A DNA stretch of 64,000 nt from the NCBI GenBank assembly GCA_028278065.1, contig JANQFA010000193.1:2940-66939 (forward strand), in the 5' to 3' direction. The notes beneath the pieces are model-generated. The model did no database searches and had not been told where the DNA came from. It worked only from the letters and a program-made list of their open reading frames with translations. A program made the position numbers and the translations under genes. The stretch comes from Myxococcota bacterium. GTDB taxonomy: Bacteria; Myxococcota_A; UBA9160; JAFDET01. Positions 52,311-64,000 of the stretch are shown here, piece by piece (the stretch's first letter is position 1; the number at the start of each line of letters is the position of its first letter).

Positions 52311-53605
52311 GCGTACTCGAAGCCCGCCGCCCGCATCGGTCCGGGCTCGTAGATGTTGCGCAGGTCCACCACGAGCGGGCGCCTCAGCAGCCCCTTGATG
52401 CGCTCGAGATCGAGCATCCGGAACTGGTTCCACTCGGTGACGAGGACCAGGGCGTCCGCGCCCGCGCAGGCCTCGTAGGCGTCCTTGCAGAGGGTGGCGT
52501 CGCCCAGGACGGGTTCGGCCTTCCGCATGGCGACGGGATCGAACGCGCGAACCTTCGCTCCGCCCTCCTGGAGACCGCGCACGATGTCGATGGCCGGCGC
52601 TTCGCGGATGTCGTCGGTCTCGGGCTTGAACGAGAGCCCGAGCACCGCCACGGTGGCCTCGGAGAGGTCGCCCCCGAGCGCAGCGCGGATCTTCTCGAGC
52701 ATGCGCGAGCGCTGGGCCTCGTTCACCGCCACGACGGCCTCGATGATCGCGAGCCGCTCACCGGCCTCGCGGGCCTGATGGGCGGCCGAGCGCGTGTCCT
52801 TCGGGAAGCAGGAGCCGCCGAAGCCGGGGCCCGGGTGCAGGAACTTGGAGCCGATGCGCCGGTCGAGACCCATCCCGCGCGCCAGGGCATGCACGTCGCC
52901 GCCGATCCGCTCGCAGAGATTCGCCACCTCGTTGATGAACGAGATCTTGGTGGCGAGAAAGGCGTTCGCCGCGTACTTGGTCATCTCCGCCGTCGGGATG
53001 TTGGTCATCACGAAGGGCGTCTCGTTGAGGAAGAGGGGCCGGTAGAGATCGCGGATCACGGCCAGGGCCTCGTCGTCGTCGGCGCCGATCACCACCCGGT
53101 CGGGACGCATGAAGTCGGAGACCGCGGCGCCTTCGCGCAGGAACTCGGGATTGGAAGCCACCGAGAAGCGGACCTCCTCGCCCTTCGCCTCGAGCTCCTC
53201 GCGGATCCAGTCGCGCACCTTGTAGGAGGTGCCGACCGGCACGGTGCTCTTGGTGACGACCACCTTGTAGCCGTTCATGGAGCGCCCGATCTCCCGCGCC
53301 ACCTGCTCCACGAAGCGCAGGTCGGTGCTGCCATCCTCGCGCGGCGGAGTACCCACCGCGATGAAGATCACCAGGGAGCCCTCGATCGCGTCCTGCGTGT
53401 CGGTGGAGAAGGCGAGGCGCCCCTGGGAGACGTTGCGCGACACCACGGTGTCGAGCCCGGGCTCGTAGATCGGGATCTCTCCCCGCTCGAGCGCGGCGAT
53501 CTTGTCGGCGTCGTTGTCGACGCACGTCACCTGCACGCCGAACTCGGCGAAGCAGGCACCCGTCACCAGACCGACGTAGCCGGTCCCGATCACACAGACG
53601 TTCAT
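52295..53605 (-). CDS. ugd: UDP-glucose 6-dehydrogenase
   Basis: IGTGYVGL, KSTVPVGT, SNPEFLREG, GFGGSCFPKD, FKPETDDIREAP. Confidence 0.93.
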   Translation of the reverse strand: MNVCVIGTGYVGLVTGACFAEFGVQVTCVDNDADKIAALERGEIPIYEPGLDTVVSRNVSQGRLAFSTDTQDAIEGSLVIFIAVGTPPREDGSTDLRFVEQVAREIGRSMNGYKVVVTKSTVPVGTSYKVRDWIREELEAKGEEVRFSVASNPEFLREGAAVSDFMRPDRVVIGADDDEALAVIRDLYRPLFLNETPFVMTNIPTAEMTKYAANAFLATKISFINEVANLCERIGGDVHALARGMGLDRRIGSKFLHPGPGFGGSCFPKDTRSAAHQAREAGERLAIIEAVVAVNEAQRSRMLEKIRAALGGDLSEATVAVLGLSFKPETDDIREAPAIDIVRGLQEGGAKVRAFDPVAMRKAEPVLGDATLCKDAYEACAGADALVLVTEWNQFRMLDLERIKGLLRRPLVVDLRNIYEPGPMRAAGFEYACVGR

Positions 53606-54563
53606 CGACTGGTCCCCCCCGCTCCCGGCGCGCCGACCGGCGCGGCCTCGAGCGTCCGCCTCAGGCCCGAGCGCAGCTCCACGCGGGCCTCGAAGCCGAG
53701 CAGCGTGCGCGCCAGCGACGGATCCCCGACGCTGCGCCGGATGTCTCCGGAACGCGCCGGAGAATAGGTCGGATCCTCGGACACGCCCGCCAGCTCCGCC
53801 AGCCCTTCGGCCAGGTCGCGGATCGAGGTCTCCCGTCCGGAGGCGACGTTCACGGCGCGCCCCACGGCGAGGTCGCTGGCGGCAGCCAGGAGGTTGGCGC
53901 GAACCACGTCCTCCACGAAGAGGAAGTCCCGGGTCTGGGAGCCGTCGCCGTGGATCTGGGGCGCCTTTCCGGCGTGGCATGCGTCGACGAAGCGTGACAC
54001 CACGGCGGCGTAGGGCCCCTGGGGATCCTGGCGGGGGCCGTACACGTTGAAGTAGCGGAGCGCCACGGCCGCCACGCCGTGCAGATCCGCGTAGATCCGG
54101 CAGTAGGTCTCTGCCGCCCGCTTCTGGATCGCGTACGGGGATCGCGGATTGGTGGGACCGTCCTCCCTGCAAGGAAGGGGAGCGTCGTCCCCGTACACCG
54201 CGCAAGACGAAGCGAAGACGAGGCGACCCGCCGCCCCCGCCCGGACCGCCTCGAGCGCGCGCAGCGTCCCCTCGACGTTCGTCGCCCCGGTGGAGATCGG
54301 GTCCTCGATGCTGGCCGGAACCGACGCCGCGGCGGCCTGGTGGAACACCACGTCCACACCGTCGCTCAGTGTCGCCATCGCGTCCGGGTCGCGGACGTCG
54401 CCCCGCTGCAGCTCGATCTGGCCCGAGACCGGCTCGAGATTGTCCTCCCGCCCGCTCGAGAAGTCGTCCAGGACGCGCACCTGCCAGCCTTCTTCGACGA
54501 GGGTCCGCGTGAGGTGACTGCCGATGAAGCCCGCCCCGCCCGTGACGAGGGCCCGGCGCGCGC

Positions 54564-54567
<4 letters not shown>
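53602..54567 (-). CDS. NAD-dependent nucleotide-sugar 4-epimerase (WbpP/GalE-like)
   Basis: TGGAGFIGSH, ASSCAVYG, YAIQK, RYFNVYGPRQDP, TRDF. Confidence 0.88.
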
Positions 54568-59441
<4,874 letters not shown>

Positions 59442-59444
59442 GCC

Positions 59445-61061
59445 CTACTGCTCCTCCGTCGGCGCCGTCGGGACGTCGGCCGTCTCGGCCGGACCGCCGG
59501 TCAGCAGGTGGGGGCGGTTCACGGCGACGTAGCCGGCGGCGGCGCCGATCAGGACCACTCCGACCACGGCGGCGCTGGCCATGGCGGTGACCGCGCGGCG
59601 GCGGCGCTCGGCCACCCGGTCCGATTCGAGCGTGATGCCCGGAATCTGGGCGAGGACCGGGAGCTTGATGGCGCTCTGCAGCGATCTCGCGCCGTGGAAC
59701 GAGTCGTCGGCGGTCTCCAGCAGCACGGCCATCCCGCCGCCCAGCGCCATGCCGAAGATCATGCCCAGCGCCATGATGAGCAGGCGGTTCGGCGAGCTGG
59801 GCTCGGTGGGCGCCACCGCGGACTCGAGGATGCGCAGCTTCTCTCCCTTCTGGCGCCGCTCCGCGTTGGCCGCCACCGCAGCCTCCAGCCGCTTGTTGCT
59901 GTACTCCTGGAAGCTCGCGAACAGGTGCTCGTAGTCCCGGTCGAGCGCGGCCAGCCGCTCGGCGACGCGGGGTGTCTCGGCCAGGCGCTGCTGAACCTCG
60001 TCGGCCAGGCCCTCGAGACGGGCGATCTCCTCGCGGGCGGACTCCACCCGCAGGCTGGCCCGCCGGCGCTCGGCCTCGGCCCCCTGCTGCTGCGCCGAGA
60101 TCGGCCGGCTCGTATCCTCGGCGCTCTCGTCGCGCGCGATCTTCTCGCGCAGCTCCTCGATCTCGAAGCGCTTGGCGACGATGTCCGGGTGCTTCTCCGT
60201 GTAGCCCCTGGAGAACATCTCGTTCAGCTGGAGCTCCATCAGCTCGAGCCGGCGCTTGGGATCGGCGGGATCGAGGCGACCCAGGTCGGGACTGATCAGC
60301 GCCTGCTGGCGGAAGAAGGCCTCGTCGCTCTGGGCCTCGGCGAGGTTGCGCTGTGCGATCCGCAGACTGTCGACGGTCCGCTCGTACAGGCGCTGGTTCG
60401 AGAGCAGGTCCTCGGGCAGCTTGCCCGGGTTCTCGGCCTTGACCTGCGCGATGCGCGCCTCCACGTCCTGGATCTGGACCGCCAGCCGCGACAGCTCGGC
60501 CTCGATGAACTCGGAGGTGTCGGTGGACATCTGCACTCGATCGCGGATGTGCTCTTCGATGAAGTCGTTGGAGAGCCGGTTGGTCACGGCGGCCGCGATG
60601 CGGGGCTTGGGGTGCCGGAAGTAGAGCCGGAAGGTGTTGATCTGGATGTCGCGGCGTGGACTCAGGAGCTCCTCCTCCAGCTCCGGAAGGACGGGCTCGA
60701 CGCTGATCTGGTCGCGCATCATCTCGATGACCTCCTCGCGGGTCATCTCCTCGGACTCCTCTTCGTAGAGACCGAGGTCGTCGATGATGCGCGAGAGGCG
60801 CGGCCGGCTCAGGATCTGCATGGTCATCAGGTGGAGGCGCTCGTTGAGGTCGGTGCCCGCCACCTGGGCCTCGACCAGCTCGGCGGAGATGGTCTGGGGC
60901 TCGACCAGGATCGTGGTGTAGGTCTCGTACTGGTCCGGCAGCACGGCGGCCACGACGATCGACGCCAGGAACACGATCCCCGCCACCAGGGCCGCGACCT
61001 GCCAGCGACGCGCGAACATGCCGCGCAGGTCGCCGAGCTGGAGTCCTTCGTCCAAGTTCAT
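59445..61061 (-). CDS. Polysaccharide co-polymerase (Wzc/GumC-type, no fused kinase)
   Basis: Two flanking TM segments, coiled coil, YTEKHPDIV, PTEPSSPNR, LPVLAQIP. Confidence 0.85.
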   Translation of the reverse strand: MNLDEGLQLGDLRGMFARRWQVAALVAGIVFLASIVVAAVLPDQYETYTTILVEPQTISAELVEAQVAGTDLNERLHLMTMQILSRPRLSRIIDDLGLYEEESEEMTREEVIEMMRDQISVEPVLPELEEELLSPRRDIQINTFRLYFRHPKPRIAAAVTNRLSNDFIEEHIRDRVQMSTDTSEFIEAELSRLAVQIQDVEARIAQVKAENPGKLPEDLLSNQRLYERTVDSLRIAQRNLAEAQSDEAFFRQQALISPDLGRLDPADPKRRLELMELQLNEMFSRGYTEKHPDIVAKRFEIEELREKIARDESAEDTSRPISAQQQGAEAERRRASLRVESAREEIARLEGLADEVQQRLAETPRVAERLAALDRDYEHLFASFQEYSNKRLEAAVAANAERRQKGEKLRILESAVAPTEPSSPNRLLIMALGMIFGMALGGGMAVLLETADDSFHGARSLQSAIKLPVLAQIPGITLESDRVAERRRRAVTAMASAAVVGVVLIGAAAGYVAVNRPHLLTGGPAETADVPTAPTEEQ

Positions 61062-61077
61062 CCTCGCGATTCCTCGT

Positions 61078-62601
61078 CTACCAGGGCCGCTTCCAGTCCA
61101 TCAGCCAACGCACGCCGAACGCCACCCGGTAGTCGTCGAAGTCGCGCTGGGACGTCTCGCCGTCGAAGTCCTGACGGAGGTAGCGGAACTGCACCCAGCC
61201 CTGGGACCAGCGCCCGAACCTCCGGGCGACGCGCAGGCCCGTCGTCCACGTCTGGACGTCGATGATGTCGTCGCTCTGCACACGCACCAGGCTGACCGCA
61301 GGGGACCCGGCCGCCAGCGTCGTGCTGGGCGGCGGGAAGGCGATCGCCTCCGGCGGCCCGAGGCCGACGGAGTTGCCGGTCTGGTTCGTAGCGGACTGAC
61401 GGTTCGTCCAGCCCAGGTCGAACCGGCTCTCCCAGCGGTCGTCGGGAGTCCAGATCAGGAATGCGCTCACGAAGTCGAGGATGGTGGCCTGGCCCACGCC
61501 CGATGCGGTGCTGTCGCTTCGCTGATAGCGCAACGAAGCGCGCCACTGCCGCCACATCTTGGTGAGATCGGCGGTTGCGAAGATGGTGGTCCGGATGTCG
61601 GGGTCGCCCGCGTCGCTCCCCTGGAAGACCTGGGTGCTGGTCCCGCGCACGAAGGCCGCATCGGCCCCGCTCAGCTCCGCTCCGAGCAGACCGCAGGTGT
61701 CGGCCACGTAGGGAACGTCGTCGTCGTTGGTCGGGCAGCTGGCCGAGTCGATCGTACGCACTCCGCCGGCGGTGGTCGCCCGGCTCGGGTAGGCGGGAAC
61801 GATCGCCGAGGTCGGTGCACCTCCGCGCGTGCTCTGGTCGATGAAGGTCGGACCGGCGTTGACCGTGAACGTGAACGTCGGATCGAACTGGTGGACCCAG
61901 CTCGCGAAGAGCCGATAGAAGAGCGTCTCGGAGCCGGGCTGGAGCGTCGTGTCCTCGAAGCGCTGCCAGGTGAAGCCCGCCCCGCCCCCGATGCGGTCCG
62001 TCGGCCGGAGGACGTAGAGGCTTCGCGCCGTGACGCCGGCGGTCTGGGAGTCGAAGCGATCGTCGCGGTCCGTGATGAAGAGGTCGTGCCGGAGATCCAG
62101 GATGCCCTCGAGCCGCTCCGTGAACTGATGCTCGGCGGAGAACGCAGCCAGGTTCCGGGTGATGCGCTGGCGCGCCACCTCGATGTCGGGCGTGGGACCC
62201 ACGTCGGGCTGGGTCGGGTCCGAGATGAACGAGGAGCGGTTGAGACTGCGCGTGATCAGGAACCGGTTGGAAGCGCGCAGGGTCGTGCGAGGGGAGATCT
62301 GCCACTGAGCGTTCAGGAAGGCGTTGTGGTCCCAGACGTCGTCTGCGGACTGGTCGATGAAGTACTCCCAGCGCGGGGCGTAGCGGATCTGGTAGGTGAA
62401 GCTCCCCTGCGAGCGCCGCAAGGCCAGGAGAGGCCCGACGCGGATGGCGGTGTCGTCGATCTCCAGCTCCGATTCAGGGGCGTTGAAGAGGTTCGAGTCG
62501 TACTCGATCGAACCGACCACACCCAGCCGAACCTCCTCGGCATCGACCGGGAGCGAACCGAAGAGAACGAGAGCGAGGGCGGCCGCGATGAGGGCACGCA
62601 T
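61078..62601 (-). CDS. Putative outer-membrane beta-barrel of the polysaccharide export system
   Basis: Signal peptide, YDSN, alternating beta-strand pattern, aromatic C-terminus; lies between OPX and co-polymerase genes. Confidence 0.7.
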   Translation of the reverse strand: MRALIAAALALVLFGSLPVDAEEVRLGVVGSIEYDSNLFNAPESELEIDDTAIRVGPLLALRRSQGSFTYQIRYAPRWEYFIDQSADDVWDHNAFLNAQWQISPRTTLRASNRFLITRSLNRSSFISDPTQPDVGPTPDIEVARQRITRNLAAFSAEHQFTERLEGILDLRHDLFITDRDDRFDSQTAGVTARSLYVLRPTDRIGGGAGFTWQRFEDTTLQPGSETLFYRLFASWVHQFDPTFTFTVNAGPTFIDQSTRGGAPTSAIVPAYPSRATTAGGVRTIDSASCPTNDDDVPYVADTCGLLGAELSGADAAFVRGTSTQVFQGSDAGDPDIRTTIFATADLTKMWRQWRASLRYQRSDSTASGVGQATILDFVSAFLIWTPDDRWESRFDLGWTNRQSATNQTGNSVGLGPPEAIAFPPPSTTLAAGSPAVSLVRVQSDDIIDVQTWTTGLRVARRFGRWSQGWVQFRYLRQDFDGETSQRDFDDYRVAFGVRWLMDWKRPW

Positions 62602-62603
62602 GG

Positions 62604-63206
62604 CTAGTCCGGCACCACCACGGTGTCGCCCGGGTGCAGCAGCATGTTCGAGTGCGGCGGGATCTTGCCCTTGAGATAATCGTCGTAGTCGAACCCGTAC
62701 TCCACGATCTCCCCTCCCGAGCGGCGCAGGATCCGGATACCGCCCTTGTCGGCGAATGGCGCGAAGCCGCCCGCCACCGAGATGGCGTCCAGCACCCGCA
62801 TGTCCGAGGTCAGCGGGATGGGCCCACTGCGAACCACCCCGCCCAGGACGTAGACTCGCTTCGAGTTCACCTGGATCACCACGACGGTGACGTCGGGGTT
62901 CGCTACGTACTCGGCGAGCTGCTTGGTGAGGAGCTCCTTCAGCTCCTCGGGGGTGAGACCGGCGGCCTGCACGTCGTTCAACAGGGGCACCGAGATCTTC
63001 CCGTCCGGCCGCACCGGGACGTCGGCCGAGAGCTCCGGGTTCTTCCAGACCGTGATGCGCAGGAGGTCCGCATTGCCGATCACGTAGACGTCGCGTGCCA
63101 TGACGTCGGGCTCGGGAGGCGGCGGCGCGGGCGGGCGTCCCGCGCACGCCGCGAGCAGGGTCACGCCGAGAAGGGTGGCCAGGCATCGGGTCGAACGGGT
63201 CTGCAT
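62604..63206 (-). CDS. Short polysaccharide export (OPX/Wza-like) lipoprotein
   Basis: Lipobox LAAC; YVIGNADLLRITVW, VRPDGKISVPLLNDV, SLBB VYVLGGV...LHPGDTVVVP. Confidence 0.9.
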   Translation of the reverse strand: MQTRSTRCLATLLGVTLLAACAGRPPAPPPPEPDVMARDVYVIGNADLLRITVWKNPELSADVPVRPDGKISVPLLNDVQAAGLTPEELKELLTKQLAEYVANPDVTVVVIQVNSKRVYVLGGVVRSGPIPLTSDMRVLDAISVAGGFAPFADKGGIRILRRSGGEIVEYGFDYDDYLKGKIPPHSNMLLHPGDTVVVPD

Positions 63207-63236
63207 CGGGTCTCAGTCTCCTTGGGGGGAGGACTG

Positions 63237-64000
63237 CTAGCGGCCTTCCGAGAGGCCGTTCTCCTTCATCTTGTAGAGCAGCGCCTTGTAGCTGATCTGT
63301 AACCGCTCGGCGGCTTCCTTCCGGTTCCAGCGGGTCTGCCCCAGGACCTTCTCGATCACGCGCTTCTCGGCGACCTGCGCCGCCCTCTTGGCGATCGCCT
63401 TGAGATCGATGCCGTTGCCTTCCGCCAGGTCCGCGTCCAGGGCGGCGAGGTCCGGCAGCGCGGGCTCCTCCGCGGAGGCCGCCCGCGCCTCGCGCAGGTT
63501 GATGTCGGCGAGCACGGCGCTCTCGTTCTCCAGCACGACCATCCGCTTCACCATGTTCTCCAGCTCTCGGACGTTGCCGGGCCAGTGATACTTCATGAAG
63601 ACGTCCAGGGTCTCGGGCGAGAGCTGCTTCACCTCCTTCTTGTACTGCTCGTTGTACTTCTTGAGGAAGTGATCCACGAGCAGCGGAATCCCGTCGGTGC
63701 GCTCGCGCAGGGGCGGCATGGCCACGGTCACGACGTTCAGCCGGTAGTAGAGGTCCTCCCGGAAGGTCCCGTCCGCTACGGCCTCCTCGAGGTTCCGGTT
63801 GGTCGCAGCGATGATCCGCGTGTCCACCCGCACGTCGCTCTCGCCGCCCAGGCGCGAGAACTCGCCGTCCTGAAGCACCTGCAGCAGCTTGGCCTGCAGG
63901 TTGGGGTGCATCTCGCTGATCTCGTCGAGGAAGATCGTCCCGTGGTTGGCGTACTCGAACTTGCCGAGCTTGCGCTTCTGTGCACCGGTGAAGGCGCCCT
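63237..64000 (-). CDS. Sigma-54-dependent transcriptional activator (partial; 5' end outside window)
   Basis: GAFTGAQ at window edge, [42 protein letters not shown]. Confidence 0.92.
   Translation of the reverse strand, partial: GAFTGAQKRKLGKFEYANHGTIFLDEISEMHPNLQAKLLQVLQDGEFSRLGGESDVRVDTRIIAATNRNLEEAVADGTFREDLYYRLNVVTVAMPPLRERTDGIPLLVDHFLKKYNEQYKKEVKQLSPETLDVFMKYHWPGNVRELENMVKRMVVLENESAVLADINLREARAASAEEPALPDLAALDADLAEGNGIDLKAIAKRAAQVAEKRVIEKVLGQTRWNRKEAAERLQISYKALLYKMKENGLSEGR

Overview
High-GC bacterial window. Gene content and order point to Myxococcota or a related former deltaproteobacterium (inference). No rRNA, tRNA or CRISPR array was seen. Layout: 0-9.7 kb is an accessory block of small enzymes (ADC-family, sulfotransferase, two VOC proteins, kappa-GST/DsbA, Coq4, MOSC, CAP, GST, GDPD, serine hydrolase, DUF3465). 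9.7-21 kb holds icd-mdh-sucC-sucD, a glpA-glpB-short ferredoxin cluster, a LysM protein, aspS and a REC-GAF-GGDEF cyclase. 21-29 kb holds an acyl-CoA synthetase, a solitary HUH/Y1 RAYT-like transposase, DUF1329 plus a YCF48-like lipoprotein with an inserted OmpA-like domain, and an ABC1 kinase. 29-45 kb runs tsaP-like LysM-dprA-trmFO-xerC-hslVU-REC/GAF-argB-argF-[J-domain/TPR, lidless Hsp70, TPR-wHTH, PAS pseudo-histidine kinase]-argG. 45-64 kb is a polysaccharide export locus resembling XrtA/PEP-CTERM-associated loci, with regulators. The best candidate for an undescribed system is the four-gene Hsp70 module between argF and argG: the two genes flanking the Hsp70 share a homologous ~60-aa domain, and the last gene is a degenerate kinase. 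Also notable are 23-35 bp tandem duplications at gene junctions, one of which forms a chain of overlapping mini-ORFs between glpA and glpB. All calls come from motifs read by eye; no database searches were run, and starts were adjusted manually from the ORF track.
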